Shown here: one piece after another, positions 8,428-19,299 of the stretch | Layout of the letters: the number at the start of each line of letters is the position of its first letter | Numbering within the stretch: position 1 is the first letter of the stretch | Source of the DNA: Candidatus Chisholmbacteria bacterium RIFCSPHIGHO2_01_FULL_52_32 | Lineage (GTDB): Bacteria > Patescibacteriota > Microgenomatia > UBA1400 > Chisholmbacteraceae | NCBI GenBank assembly: GCA_001816585.1 | Contig: MHCJ01000003.1 | Location: 778,681 to 842,680 of the forward strand | DNA: 64,000 nucleotides | Direction: 5' to 3' | Translations under genes and position numbers: made by a program | The notes under the pieces: generated by a model | Told to the model about the DNA's origin: nothing | Seen by the model: only the letters and a program-made list of their open reading frames with translations | Databases searched by the model: none

Positions 8428-10581
8428 TCATTTCTTCGCTTGGGTCTCTTTCCCTGTCTTCCCTTTGCTTAACAATGCTTCCTGGATATTTGCCGGGACT
8501 TCCTCATAATGACTCGGCTCCATGTAGTAACTGGCACGACCCTGGGTCATGCTTCGTAGTATTGTAGCATATCTCGAGAGCTCTGCCAATGGGGCTAAGG
8601 CGTGGATGATTCGTACCTTGCCCCGTTGAGTTGTTCCGACAATGTGGGCGCGTTTACTCGAGAGATCGCCGATGACGTCCCCCATGAACTCTTCAGGTAC
8701 GGTAACCTCAACTTTCATGATTGGTTCAAGGAGAACCGGACTGGCCTGTTTGACGGCCGTCTGAAGCGCCATGGAACCTGCAATTTTGAAGGCAATTTCT
8801 GAGGAATCTACTTCGTGATAGGTTCCGTCGTAGAGGGTAACCTTCATGTCCACTAAGGGGTAGCCTCCGATGACGCCGTTTTCCATGGCTTCCTTGACCC
8901 CTTTTTCCACCGCAGGAATGAATTCCCGGGGAATTTTCCCTCCGACGACCTTGTTTTCAAATTCATATCCTTCGCCGCGGTTTTTTGGTTCAACCCGTAA
9001 GAAACAGTGACCATACTGTCCACGACCCCCACTTTGCCTGATATACTTTCCTTCTGCTTCTGTGGTTTGTCGGATGGTTTCCTTATAGGCTACTTGTGGA
9101 TTTCCGGTGTTGGTCTCCACCTTGAACTCCCTTTTTAACCGATCGACAATGATTTCAAGGTGCAATTCTCCCATTCCCGATACAATGGTCTGCCCTGTTT
9201 CCGGATGCACCTTGATTTTGAAGGTCGGATCTTCCTCGGCAAGCTTAGCCAGGGCCGTTCCCATGCGCTCCTGGTCTTGTCTGGTTTTTGGCTCTATTGC
9301 CAAGGCAATGACCGGTTCGGTAAACTCAATTCCTTCAAACAGGATCGGGTGGGCGCTGTCTGAGAGTGTGTCTCCGGTTGTCGTCTTGCCAGCTCCGACA
9401 ACCGCCACGATTTCTCCAGCCTCGGCATCTTCGATTTCCTCCCTTTGATTGGCATGCATGAGGAGCAAGCGTCCAATACGTTCCTGTTCCCTCTTCGTGA
9501 TGTTGGTGGCATATGATCCCGCAGCTAAATGACCAGAATAAATACGGATATAGGTTAGCCGGCCTACATGCGGGTCGGTTTGTACCTTAAACGCAAGGGC
9601 TGAGAATGGCTCGTTCGGATCCGGTTTTCTTTCCTCCTCCGCTCCGGTTTTGGGATTCACTCCCTTTTCCGGTTCCAAATCCAAGGGGCTGGGGAGAAAA
9701 TCGACCACCGCATCCAGAAGGGGCTGAACCCCTTTGTTGCGGAGGGACGACCCACAAAAGACCGGAACCAGCTCGTTTTTGATGGTTGCTCTCCGGAGGG
9801 CTTGTTTGAGCTCCTGGACACTCGGCTCTTCATCGCTGATGTATTTTTCAGTGAGCTTTTCATCTGTTTCCGCTATTCTCTCTATTACCCTGTGGCGTGC
9901 CTCTTCGACTTTCGCTTTGAGCTCTGGCGGCACTTCTTGTATGGAATACTCAGCGCCGGTTTCATCACCTTCCCAAATGATGGCCTGCCGTTCCAAAAGC
10001 AACACAATTCCCTTGAAACTCTGCTCCACACCTATGGGAATAGCCAGGACCGCTGTTTTTACCCCCAACTTTTCTTCGATATCCCCGACCGTTCTGTCAA
10101 AATTTGCTCCCAACTTATCCATTTTGTTAATGAAGCAAATCCTGGGAACGCTGTATTTGTCGGCTTGGTGCCAGACTGTTTCTGATTGGGACTGGACTCC
10201 CTCTTCTGCGTCCAATACCGTGATCCCTCCGTCAAGGACGCGTAAGGAGCGTTCGACCTCGGCAGTGAAATCCACGTGTCCCGGGGTATCAATAATATTG
10301 ATGCGATGGGGTCCTGAAAAGAGCGCCTCGGGAAGCTTTGGCGTCCACATGGTCGTGGTTGCGGCAGAAACAATGGTAATCCCGCGTTCCTTTTCCTGTT
10401 CCATCCAGTCCATCTGGGTTGTTCCTTCATCGATGTCGCCGAGTTTATAGGTCTTGCCGGTGTAATAGAGGACGCGTTCTGTCGTCGTCGTCTTCCCAGC
10501 ATCGATATGAGCAATGATGCCGATGTTGCGGATCCTCTCAAGCGGGATTTGCCTCTCCGTTTTTGTTTTTTTTACCGTCAT
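8428..10581 (-). CDS. fusA: Elongation factor G
   Basis: [13 protein letters not shown].. EF-G motifs. ORF-track start 10593 is TTG; the ATG at 10581 (MTVKK..) is preceded by GAGGAAAAAA. Confidence 0.97.
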   Translation of the reverse strand: MTVKKTKTERQIPLERIRNIGIIAHIDAGKTTTTERVLYYTGKTYKLGDIDEGTTQMDWMEQEKERGITIVSAATTTMWTPKLPEALFSGPHRINIIDTPGHVDFTAEVERSLRVLDGGITVLDAEEGVQSQSETVWHQADKYSVPRICFINKMDKLGANFDRTVGDIEEKLGVKTAVLAIPIGVEQSFKGIVLLLERQAIIWEGDETGAEYSIQEVPPELKAKVEEARHRVIERIAETDEKLTEKYISDEEPSVQELKQALRRATIKNELVPVFCGSSLRNKGVQPLLDAVVDFLPSPLDLEPEKGVNPKTGAEEERKPDPNEPFSALAFKVQTDPHVGRLTYIRIYSGHLAAGSYATNITKREQERIGRLLLMHANQREEIEDAEAGEIVAVVGAGKTTTGDTLSDSAHPILFEGIEFTEPVIALAIEPKTRQDQERMGTALAKLAEEDPTFKIKVHPETGQTIVSGMGELHLEIIVDRLKREFKVETNTGNPQVAYKETIRQTTEAEGKYIRQSGGRGQYGHCFLRVEPKNRGEGYEFENKVVGGKIPREFIPAVEKGVKEAMENGVIGGYPLVDMKVTLYDGTYHEVDSSEIAFKIAGSMALQTAVKQASPVLLEPIMKVEVTVPEEFMGDVIGDLSSKRAHIVGTTQRGKVRIIHALAPLAELSRYATILRSMTQGRASYYMEPSHYEEVPANIQEALLSKGKTGKETQAKK

Positions 10582-10658
10582 TTTTTTCCTCAATATGACA
10601 ACCTGGCAATCTTGCTTTTTTTTACAAGCAGATTTGCCCTCTTCTGTTTTCCTTTTTT

Positions 10659-11138
10659 CTACCAGCGGAAATGGGCAAACGCCTTGTTGGCCTCTGCCAT
10701 TTTATGAGAAGTGATCTTTCGCTGAAAGGCCATTCCTTCACCCTTGGCTGCATCCATGATCTCGGAAGCGAGCTTTTCGGAAAACGTCCGAAATTCTTTG
10801 TTTGGACGTTTCCTGGCCTCAGCAACAAGCCAGTGGAGAGCCAAAGAAAGGCTGCGTGGGCCCCGGATGGGGGTCGGTACTTGATAGGCTGCTCCTCCGA
10901 CGCGCCGGGACCTAACCTCCATAAGGGGAGATATATTTTGAATGGCAGTCTCGAATACTTCGATTGCATCTTGCTTCGATTTCTCTTTAATAAGGCCTAA
11001 GGCCCCGTAGACATGGTGTTGGGCGATGGTCTTTTTCCCTTGGCGCATCACCATGCTAATCAGTTTCTCAACCGTTCGGTTTTCGTATATTGGATCCGGT
11101 GAAATTTTCCTCTGTGGCGTTTTTCCGCTTCTCGACAT
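10659..11138 (-). CDS. rpsG: 30S ribosomal protein S7
   Basis: 159 aa canonical S7. Confidence 0.95.
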   Translation of the reverse strand: MSRSGKTPQRKISPDPIYENRTVEKLISMVMRQGKKTIAQHHVYGALGLIKEKSKQDAIEVFETAIQNISPLMEVRSRRVGGAAYQVPTPIRGPRSLSLALHWLVAEARKRPNKEFRTFSEKLASEIMDAAKGEGMAFQRKITSHKMAEANKAFAHFRW

Positions 11139-11147
11139 AATTTCTCC

Positions 11148-11618
11148 CTAGGCTGCTTCGGTGTCTGTCTTTGCCTCCGTTTCCTCTGGTGTTCCCGGGA
11201 TCATCACCTTTCCTCCACTTCGAGTTCCGTATTTGGATCTTCCCTGCTTTCTTCCCTCAACACCGCTTGAATCGAAGACTCCTCGAACAATATGGTATTT
11301 CACGCCCGGTAGATCCTTTACTCTTCCGCCCCGCACTAAGACGATGGCGTGTTCAGCGAGTTGGTGGCCTTCTCCGCCGATATAGGCCGTCACTTCCTGC
11401 TTGTTTGATAGTCTCACCCTGGCTACTTTGCGGAGCGCCGAGTTCGGTTTCTTGGGTGTCATCGTTTTTACGATTATGCACACCCCCCGCTTTTGAGGGT
11501 TTGCGGTCTCTCTCATCAACCTTTTCGGCGCATTGAACGATCGCCTGAGGGCGGCGGCTTTAATTTTCTTTCGTATTTTTTTGCGTCCTTTACGGACAAG
11601 CTGGTTCATGGTTGGCAT
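11148..11618 (-). CDS. rpsL: 30S ribosomal protein S12, with about 19-aa C-terminal extension
   Basis: [12 protein letters not shown].. canonical S12; tail [19 protein letters not shown] beyond the usual C-terminus. Confidence 0.95.
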   Translation of the reverse strand: MPTMNQLVRKGRKKIRKKIKAAALRRSFNAPKRLMRETANPQKRGVCIIVKTMTPKKPNSALRKVARVRLSNKQEVTAYIGGEGHQLAEHAIVLVRGGRVKDLPGVKYHIVRGVFDSSGVEGRKQGRSKYGTRSGGKVMIPGTPEETEAKTDTEAA

Positions 11619-11639
11619 AGGTTTTTCTTTTTTATTCTG

Positions 11640-11672
11640 TTAAACGAAAAACAGCGGGCGACGCCGCTGTTT
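11640..11672 (-). terminator. Hairpin (9-bp stem AAACAGCGG/CCGCTGTTT) plus U-tract on the minus transcript, 20 nt upstream of rpsL and 160 nt downstream of rpoC; terminator or attenuator
   Basis: Read from sequence: plus TTAAACGAAAAACAGCGGGCGACGCCGCTGTTT; minus transcript gives the hairpin followed by UUUUCGUUUAA. Confidence 0.4.
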
Positions 11673-11834
11673 GGAAGGGACTTTCTCCTCTTAATGCCTT
11701 ATCCTCCCTTCTGCGCAACGCTTCGTCTTACCCAAAGCATTCTTCCCCCTTTCGATGAACTTGTTGACCACAAGTTCCGATCGCATCGGTTGGTATTGTA
11801 CCATACAAGGCGGGTTTGACTCAATGATCGATCG

Positions 11835-14800
11835 TTATTTCTTCTCCTCATCCTGAAGGAAGCGCTCTTTTTCGACGGGTATGAGCCTGCCAATGATGAC
11901 ATTCTCTTTGAGCCCGAGCAGCCGATCTTCTTTCCCTTGGATAGCGGCTTCTGTGAGGATGCTGGTGGTTTCCTGGAACGAGGCTGCAGAGAGCCAGGAT
12001 TCGGTGTAGAGAGATGCCCTGGTTATCCCGAGGATGACGATTTGGGCCGTTGCCGGCTCTCCTCCTTCCGCAAGAATTGCTTCGTTCTCCTCCTCAAAGC
12101 GTTCTTTGTTGATGAGCTCTCCTGGAAGAAGGTCCGTATCTCCGGTCGACTCTATTTTTACCTTGTCGCTCATCTTGCGGATGATGATTTCAAAATGACG
12201 ATCATTAATGGGAATCCCTTGACTCTCATACACCTGTTGGATTTCACTCAAGAGATATTCTTGGGCCGCTCGGAGTCCCCGAATCTTTAGAACTTCCTTG
12301 ATGTCAAGACTTCCAGACGATATTTGGTCTCCGACCCCGACGAGATCTCCCTCTTTTACGCGTAGGGTTGAGGTGAGTTGCACGAGATATTGTTTCTCTT
12401 CAATCGGTTTGCCCGATGATTTTATTGTCACTTTGTACCCTTCAGGTGTTTCCTCAATCGAGATTTTCCCGGCAATCTCGCTCATCGGAGACACCATCTT
12501 GGCGGTACGGGCCTCAAACAACTCCTCCACCCTTGGTAAACCTTGGGTCACATCGAGTCCAACGATTCCCCCAGTGTGCTTGACACGCATGGTCAATTGG
12601 GTTCCCGGCTCGCCGATCGACTGGGCTGCGATGACCCCAACAGGCGTTCCGATCTCGACAAGTTTTCGACTCGAGAAATCCCATCCATAGCAGGTTTGGC
12701 ATACTCCATATCTTGCCTGGCAGGTGAGGGGCGAGCGAGCATCCACCTCGCTTATCTTGGTTTTCTTCAACTCTTCAAGTTTCTCTTCATCGATCAACTC
12801 ATCTTTCTTGATGAGAATCTTTTTTGTTTTGGGACTCATGATTTTCTTGGCAGAAATTCTTCCCAGAATACGCATGTAGAACGATTTTCCCCTTGTTCCA
12901 TCAGCTTTTATGGTAATGCATTCCGTTGTTTTACAATCAATCTCCCTCACCAGGCTATCGTGGGCGACATCCACCAGTCGGCGCGTTAAGTATCCCGCAT
13001 CTGCCGTCTTTAAGGCTGAATCCGTCAATCCTTTCCGGGAACCCCGGGCTGAAGTCACATATTCAAATACCGAAAGACCTTCACGGAAGTTTGACTTGGT
13101 CGGAAGTTCTACAATTTTTCCCAACGGATCAACCACCAGGCCTCGCATTGCCGCAAGTTGTTTCACCTGATCTTTGCTAGCTCGAGTTCCCCCAGAGTCG
13201 ATGCTCATTTTCACCGCGTTACTCTTCTCAAAATTTTCCCAAGTCCGCTCGGCGATAAGGTCCGTGGTCTCCATCCAAATTTCATTGGAGAGCCTTCTTT
13301 TCTCTTCCTGGGTAATGAGTCCCTCTTTGTAGTTTTCTTGGACTTCTTCGACCTTCCGGTTTGCTTCCTTGATCAATTCATCTTTATCCCGAATGATCTT
13401 ACAATCGGAAACGGCAATTGACAGCCCAGAACGGGTTGCCGCATAGAACCCGATGTCTTTGAGATTATCAATAAGGTCAGTCGTCTCTTCTTCGGTAAGG
13501 GTTGAAATCGCCCGACGAATGAGTTCTTTAATTTCTCCAAGGGTTATTGCCCTGTTTAAGAACCGGAATGCTTGGGGGAGAAGATTGTTGAAGATAAGCC
13601 TGCCAACGGTCGTTTCTATGATCTGCGGTTTGCCGTTTTTGGCAAGGTTCACTTTGATCATCTGGCGCAATTTTACCTTCCCGATCTCGTAGGCAAGGAT
13701 TATTTCCTCTGGTGTCGAAGCGATTATTTCATTTGGTTTAATGGCTTCATCAACGGAAGTTAAGTAATAGCAACCGAGGGCCATTTCTTTGTTCGGAATC
13801 GTGATTGGTGATCCGTCCGCTGGTTTTAGGAGATTTTTCTTGGGCATCATAAGACTCTCGGCCTCTTCTTTCGCCACTTTCCCGAGAGGAATATGAACGG
13901 CCATTTGATCTCCATCGAAGTCGGCGTTGAATCCTGCACAGATACAGGGATGGATACGAATGGCATTACCATCGACGAGTATGGGAAAGAACGCCTGGAT
14001 GCCGAGCTTGTGTAGGGTTGGGGCACGGTTTAAAAGCACGGGGTGGTTGTGGGTGATATTTTCCAAGATGTCGTAGACTTCCGGCGCCCTCCGTTCCATG
14101 ATGTGTTTCGCTGATTTGACGTTCGGTGCGATGCCTTTGAGGATGAGTTCGCGGAGGACATATGGTTTGAACATTTCAAGCGCCATTTCTTTGGGAAGTC
14201 CACACTGACTGAGCTTGAGATCCGGGCCAACGATGATGACTGAGCGCCCAGAATAATCTACCCTTTTCCCCAACAGGTTTTGCCGAAAACGGCCCTGTTT
14301 CCCCCGTAACATGTCTGAAAGGGATCGGAGTTGCTTCCCGATTCGACGCCTTCTCGTCGTTCTTGATTGAGAAGCATCAATCAACGAATCTACCGCCTCT
14401 TGGAGCATGCGCTTTTCGTTTCGCAGGATGATTTCCGGAGCTCCTAAATCGATCAGGTGCTTCAGGCGATTATTTCGATTTATCACCCTTCTGTAGAGGT
14501 CATTGAGGTCGGAAGTTGCAAACCTTCCTCCGGATAACTGGACCATTGGACGCAAGTCAGGAGGTATGACTGACAGAACCTTGAGGACCATCCAGGACGG
14601 ATCAATCCCCGCTTTCTTCAGTCCAGTAATCACACGCAACCGTTTGGTTGCCTTGACTTGGCGCTGTCCCGTGTATTTTCGGCTCTGTTCCCGAAGCTTG
14701 GCCGTTAATTTCTCATAATCGATGGTATTTACGAGTTTTAGAAGCGCTTCGGCACCCATCCCTACCTCGAGATGACTGGTTGCTTGGTAATCAAAAAGTT

Positions 14801-15548
14801 TCAGGTATTCATCTTCCGTCAATAGGGAACCTCTTTTGATTTTCCGGACGATGTCTTTGACCGCGCGAAAGACGTCCTCTGCATTTTGCTGTTCTTGGAG
14901 CAGTGCTTCTTTCAGGTTGGCGATTTCCTGCTTGTTCTTAAGTTTTCGCTCTTCAATAGTCAGATCCCGCTGCTCTGAGGATTTGACTTTGGATTTGATA
15001 CTGGCTAAATCTTCCTTTACCTTTTCTTCAGCCTTCTTGATCTCCGCTTCGGTTGCACGTTCGAGTTCTTCCTTCTTTCCCTTCAATTTTTCGTCAAGGC
15101 GTTTAAGAATTTCCTCACGCTCGTTTTCATCAACCTTCAAAACCAGGTACTGGGCAAAGTAAATTACGGAGGCGAGGTTTCTGGGAGAAATATCAAGAAG
15201 CAAGGAAAGCTTTGAGGGCGTTCCCTTAAAGAACCAGACATGTGCGACGGGGGCGGCGAGATTGATATGGCCCATCCGTTCACGGCGGACACGACTCTGC
15301 GTTACTTCGACGCCGCACTTGTCACAGATAATTCCCCTGTAGCGAATCCGTTTGTATTTCCCGCAGTAGCATTCCCAATCTTTTGTCGGGCCGAATATCC
15401 GCTCGCAAAACAATCCATCTTTTTCCGGTTTGAGCGTTCGGTAGTTGATGGTTTCCGGCTTTGTCACTTCGCCATGAGACCAAGCAAGCATGATCTCAGG
15501 TGAGGCAAGTTTGATTTGCAGGCCCTGAAAATCGATAATATTTTTCAT
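11835..15548 (-). CDS. rpoC: DNA-directed RNA polymerase subunit beta'
   Basis: 1237 aa; Zn-binding CxxC...CxxC N-terminus, NADFDGDQM catalytic motif. Confidence 0.97.
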   Translation of the reverse strand: MKNIIDFQGLQIKLASPEIMLAWSHGEVTKPETINYRTLKPEKDGLFCERIFGPTKDWECYCGKYKRIRYRGIICDKCGVEVTQSRVRRERMGHINLAAPVAHVWFFKGTPSKLSLLLDISPRNLASVIYFAQYLVLKVDENEREEILKRLDEKLKGKKEELERATEAEIKKAEEKVKEDLASIKSKVKSSEQRDLTIEERKLKNKQEIANLKEALLQEQQNAEDVFRAVKDIVRKIKRGSLLTEDEYLKLFDYQATSHLEVGMGAEALLKLVNTIDYEKLTAKLREQSRKYTGQRQVKATKRLRVITGLKKAGIDPSWMVLKVLSVIPPDLRPMVQLSGGRFATSDLNDLYRRVINRNNRLKHLIDLGAPEIILRNEKRMLQEAVDSLIDASQSRTTRRRRIGKQLRSLSDMLRGKQGRFRQNLLGKRVDYSGRSVIIVGPDLKLSQCGLPKEMALEMFKPYVLRELILKGIAPNVKSAKHIMERRAPEVYDILENITHNHPVLLNRAPTLHKLGIQAFFPILVDGNAIRIHPCICAGFNADFDGDQMAVHIPLGKVAKEEAESLMMPKKNLLKPADGSPITIPNKEMALGCYYLTSVDEAIKPNEIIASTPEEIILAYEIGKVKLRQMIKVNLAKNGKPQIIETTVGRLIFNNLLPQAFRFLNRAITLGEIKELIRRAISTLTEEETTDLIDNLKDIGFYAATRSGLSIAVSDCKIIRDKDELIKEANRKVEEVQENYKEGLITQEEKRRLSNEIWMETTDLIAERTWENFEKSNAVKMSIDSGGTRASKDQVKQLAAMRGLVVDPLGKIVELPTKSNFREGLSVFEYVTSARGSRKGLTDSALKTADAGYLTRRLVDVAHDSLVREIDCKTTECITIKADGTRGKSFYMRILGRISAKKIMSPKTKKILIKKDELIDEEKLEELKKTKISEVDARSPLTCQARYGVCQTCYGWDFSSRKLVEIGTPVGVIAAQSIGEPGTQLTMRVKHTGGIVGLDVTQGLPRVEELFEARTAKMVSPMSEIAGKISIEETPEGYKVTIKSSGKPIEEKQYLVQLTSTLRVKEGDLVGVGDQISSGSLDIKEVLKIRGLRAAQEYLLSEIQQVYESQGIPINDRHFEIIIRKMSDKVKIESTGDTDLLPGELINKERFEEENEAILAEGGEPATAQIVILGITRASLYTESWLSAASFQETTSILTEAAIQGKEDRLLGLKENVIIGRLIPVEKERFLQDEEKK

Positions 15549-15561
15549 CTCTCTCCTTTGG

Positions 15562-18500
15562 CTACTCTCCCTGGATAGTTTTACTCACTTCTTTTTGGTC
15601 TTTTTCCCTGTTTTCTTCCTGTTTTTCTTCTTTTCCATCGCTTCGGTCTTTAGACTCGGATGCCTGCTTATCATTTTGAGGCTGTGGTTCTCCTATTGCC
15701 GGCTGGCTTGATGCGGCTTGGATTTCCTCCTGCGCCACTTCAAGCACATCCTCTTCAATTGCGCCTGTTGGAATAACCTCAAGGCTCAGGCTTTCCAATT
15801 CTTTAACGAGCACCTTGAATGACTCTGGCACTGTGGCTTCGGGAATATCCGTTCCTTTGACGATTGCTTCAAACGCTTTGGCCCTGCCAACCACATCGTC
15901 TGACTTAATCGTTAACATCTCCTGAAGCGTGTGAGAGGCTCGGTGTGCCTCAAGTGCCCAAACTTCCATTTCTCCCAGACGTTGTCCTCCCATTTGGGCT
16001 TTCCCACCGAGGGGCTGCTGGGTTACCAATGAATAAGGCCCCGTGGAACGGGCATGGGTCTTATCTTCGATCATGTGGATGAGCTTCAGGATATAACCGA
16101 TGCCAACCACCGTCTCTTCTTCCAACCGTTGCCCACTCCGACCGTCATACAGCTGCACTTTTCCACTAACAGGTAATTTTGCCTTCTCCATTTCTTTGTT
16201 GATGATTTCTTCTGGGATTTTTTCGAAGACGGGTATTGCCACCTTGAAACCGAGGCGTTTGGCTGCCCATCCTAAGTGTGCTTCGAGCAGCTGTCCGAGA
16301 TTCATGCGCGCAAGTACAGAAAGCGGAGAGATAATGATGTCGACCGGTGTTCCGTCTTCCAGATAAGGCATATCCTCGATAGGAATGATCTTTGAGATTA
16401 CCCCCTTGTTTCCGTGACGACCGGCAAGCTTGTCTCCGACCGTTACTTTTCTCATCTGAGCAATGCGGATAACGACCTTCTTATTGACCCCAGGATCAAG
16501 CTCATCTCCCTGGTCGCGGTCAAGAATTTTGACGTCGATCACCGTTCCTCCCTCACCATGGGGCATGCGAAGGGACGTGTCCCGAACCTCACGGGCTTTT
16601 TCTCCAAAGATTGCTCGCAGCAACCGTTCTTCCGCCGTGAGTTCCGTCTCTCCTTTCGGAGCGATTTTCCCAACGAGAATATCATTCGGCCCGACTTCTG
16701 ATCCAATGACGACAATCCCATCCTCCCCCAAGTTCCTCAAATCCGCTTCTCCGACATTCGGGATATCACGGGTCAATTCCTCCGGACCCAATTTTGTGTC
16801 CATGACTTGCGCTTCGTACTCGTTGATGTGGATGGAGCTTAAGACGTCTTCTCTGACCATGCGTTCGGAAATGATGATGGCATCTTCATAGCCCAAACCG
16901 TCAAAGGACATATAGGCGATCACGAGGTTTTGTCCGAGCGCCAACTCTCCATCCGCTGAGCAAGGGCCATCAATGATGAGGTCTCCTTTTTTCACCCGTT
17001 GTCCAACTTTCACAACCGGTGTTTGGGAATAGCAGGTTGATTGGGCAGAACGGCTGAATTTTTGCACGATGTAGTCTTCCTTGTTCCCATTCACAGAAAG
17101 GTATTCTCTTGGGTCCTCAAGCGCTTCCTTTTTCATCTGTTCAGCCTCTTTTTGGTTTACTTGGATTTCGACCTTTGTTGCATCAACATAGGTCACTTTC
17201 CCATCATGTCTTGCACGTATGGACCGTTCCATGGACTCAATGACGGACTGCTCCATCCCCGTTCCGACGATAGGCGAATCTGGTCGAAGCAAGGGAACCG
17301 CCTGACACTGCATATGAGTTCCCATCAGCGCCCGGTTTGCTTCATCGTGTGCAATGAAAGGAATGAGGGAAGCCGAGGTTCCAACAACTTGTCGTGATAC
17401 AAGGTCAATGTATTGCGCCTGTTCCGCGGGTGCTTCCAAAAATTCTCCCTGATACCTTACCGGAAGCCATTCTTCGATAATGTATCCGTCTTTATCGATG
17501 TTCACCTCTGCATGGGTGATGTAATATTGCTCCTCTTCGTCTGCTGACAGATAGACGATTTCGTCGCTTATCCTCATTTGTGTCTTTCCGCTTCGCTCGA
17601 CTTTGATCACTTTTTTGTAGGGTGCTTCCAAAAATCCGAACTCGTTTACCCTGGCATAGAGAGCCATATAATTGACAAGTCCAATGTTTGGTCCTTCTGG
17701 AGAGCGAATGGGGCAAATTCTTGCATACTGACTTGAGTTAATATCTCGCATGGAGAACGAAGCCCGTTCACGTGTGACTCCTCCCGGCCCCATGACAGAA
17801 AGACGCCTCAGGTTATCAATTTCACTCAGGGGATTGGTTTGGTCCAGGATCGTAGAGAGTCTGTTTCGGCGGAAAAATTCGGAAATGGTCGCGATGACTG
17901 GACGGGCATTTACCAATGTGGCCGGGGTGATTTTTTCATCGGCTTTGGTCAAGCTCATTTTCTCTCGAATGGATCGTTCTAAACGGAGTAGTCCAATCCT
18001 AAATGCGGTTATCACAACGAGTTCACCAACACAGCGCACCCGACGATTGGAAAGATGATCGATATCATCCACTTTTCCTTGACCGTTCTGCAATCCAATA
18101 AGGTAGCGGACCGTGGCGATGATATCTTCGGAATGAAGCACGTGATTCGCTTTGGCGTTGGGGATATCGATACCCAGTCTTCGGTTTAACTTGTAGCGCC
18201 CGACCATTGCGAGATCATAACGACGAGAATCAAAGAAGAGTTGGTAGAGGTACTGATTGGCATTTTCCAGCACTGCCGGTTCTCCGGGACGCATTTTTTC
18301 GTAGATTTCAACCACCGCTTCTTCTCTAGTTTTTGTCTGGTCTTTTGCAATAGTCGTCGTGATGTACTGGTGATCCGCATCAGCATCGAGTCCGGAGAAC
18401 GTTTCGAGGATCTTGTCGTCCTCAACCAGTCCGACCGCACGTAACAGCACCGTTACGGGAAATTTCCGGTGTCGGTCAATTTTGACAGTGATTAAATCAT

Positions 18501-19020
18501 TGCGGGTCACTTGAAATTCAAGCCATGAGCCACGCATGGGGCGGAGTTCCGCTTTATGGAGCATCCTTCCTGTTGCAGGATCAACTTCTCCTGAGAAAAA
18601 GACGCCGGGGGAACGGACTAACTGATTCACCACTGCCCGTTCGATTCCATTGATGATGAAGGTTCCCGTTTGTGTCATCTTTGGGATATCTCCAAGAAAA
18701 ACTTCCTGCTCCGTCACTTCACCGGTTTGTTTGTTGGTAAGACGGGCTTCAACCTTCAGTGGCATCTCATACGTCACGCCTTTGGTTTTTGCCTGATCAG
18801 GTGTATTCTTCGGAGGGCCGAACCGGTGTTTGCCAAGCGCGATTTGCCAGTTCTTTCCGGTGAAATCTTCAATTGGCGAGATCGCTTCCAAGGCTTCAGC
18901 GATTCCTATCGTGAGAAACCATTGGTACGAATCACGCTGTACCGCAACGAGATCAAGAGGTGGGATATGTTCTCGAGCTCTTCCCCAGTTCAGACGAAAG
19001 TTTGTTTTATTTCTGGTCAT
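15562..19020 (-). CDS. rpoB: DNA-directed RNA polymerase subunit beta
   Basis: About 1150 aa with conserved rpoB blocks. ORF-track start 19080 is TTG; first ATG at 19020 (MTRNKTNF..). Confidence 0.97.
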   Translation of the reverse strand: MTRNKTNFRLNWGRAREHIPPLDLVAVQRDSYQWFLTIGIAEALEAISPIEDFTGKNWQIALGKHRFGPPKNTPDQAKTKGVTYEMPLKVEARLTNKQTGEVTEQEVFLGDIPKMTQTGTFIINGIERAVVNQLVRSPGVFFSGEVDPATGRMLHKAELRPMRGSWLEFQVTRNDLITVKIDRHRKFPVTVLLRAVGLVEDDKILETFSGLDADADHQYITTTIAKDQTKTREEAVVEIYEKMRPGEPAVLENANQYLYQLFFDSRRYDLAMVGRYKLNRRLGIDIPNAKANHVLHSEDIIATVRYLIGLQNGQGKVDDIDHLSNRRVRCVGELVVITAFRIGLLRLERSIREKMSLTKADEKITPATLVNARPVIATISEFFRRNRLSTILDQTNPLSEIDNLRRLSVMGPGGVTRERASFSMRDINSSQYARICPIRSPEGPNIGLVNYMALYARVNEFGFLEAPYKKVIKVERSGKTQMRISDEIVYLSADEEEQYYITHAEVNIDKDGYIIEEWLPVRYQGEFLEAPAEQAQYIDLVSRQVVGTSASLIPFIAHDEANRALMGTHMQCQAVPLLRPDSPIVGTGMEQSVIESMERSIRARHDGKVTYVDATKVEIQVNQKEAEQMKKEALEDPREYLSVNGNKEDYIVQKFSRSAQSTCYSQTPVVKVGQRVKKGDLIIDGPCSADGELALGQNLVIAYMSFDGLGYEDAIIISERMVREDVLSSIHINEYEAQVMDTKLGPEELTRDIPNVGEADLRNLGEDGIVVIGSEVGPNDILVGKIAPKGETELTAEERLLRAIFGEKAREVRDTSLRMPHGEGGTVIDVKILDRDQGDELDPGVNKKVVIRIAQMRKVTVGDKLAGRHGNKGVISKIIPIEDMPYLEDGTPVDIIISPLSVLARMNLGQLLEAHLGWAAKRLGFKVAIPVFEKIPEEIINKEMEKAKLPVSGKVQLYDGRSGQRLEEETVVGIGYILKLIHMIEDKTHARSTGPYSLVTQQPLGGKAQMGGQRLGEMEVWALEAHRASHTLQEMLTIKSDDVVGRAKAFEAIVKGTDIPEATVPESFKVLVKELESLSLEVIPTGAIEEDVLEVAQEEIQAASSQPAIGEPQPQNDKQASESKDRSDGKEEKQEENREKDQKEVSKTIQGE

Positions 19021-19200
19021 TTTTTTCTTGCCAATCCTTCTTTTTCCAACTTCACCCGTTTTGCTCTTCAAAATACGCAAAAACCCGGGTTTCCCCAGGT
19101 TTTCTTCTTTTGTTTATTCCTTTTTTATGAGAAAGCGGATCGTTGTGTCAGATGGAATGTGCACGGTGGGTATTTTCAGCTTGATTGCTAACTGTTTTTT

Positions 19201-19240
19201 CAAAAAACAAAAAATAGACGTACAAAAAGTACGCCTTTTT
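19201..19240 (-). terminator. Weak hairpin (CGTAC/GTACG) followed by a 14-nt U-rich tract on the minus transcript, in the rpoB leader downstream of mltG; bidirectional-looking
   Basis: Plus: CAAAAAACAAAAAATAGACGTACAAAAAGTACGCCTTTTTT. Confidence 0.3.
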
Positions 19241-19257
19241 TGGAAAGGCTCGTTTTG

Positions 19258-19286
19258 TTTATAACAAATTCTGACTCGCTTGTCAA
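19258..19286 (-). promoter_or_regulatory. Near-consensus sigma70-type promoter for rpoBC (TTGACA-N17-TATAAA on the minus strand)
   Basis: Reverse complement reads cTTGACAagcgagtcagaatttgtTATAAAc; starts 14 nt after the mltG stop. Confidence 0.4.
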
Positions 19287-19299
19287 GCCTTCATGGGTT

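Noticed and set aside
9734-10450. 238-aa ORF on the plus strand
   Set aside because: Lies entirely antisense within fusA, a highly conserved gene; low-complexity Ser-rich translation; typical shadow ORF.
12543-13421. Several 80-150-aa plus-strand ORFs inside rpoC, and analogous ones inside rpoB (e.g. 16463-16891, 18670-19264)
   Set aside because: Antisense shadow ORFs within universally conserved RNAP genes.
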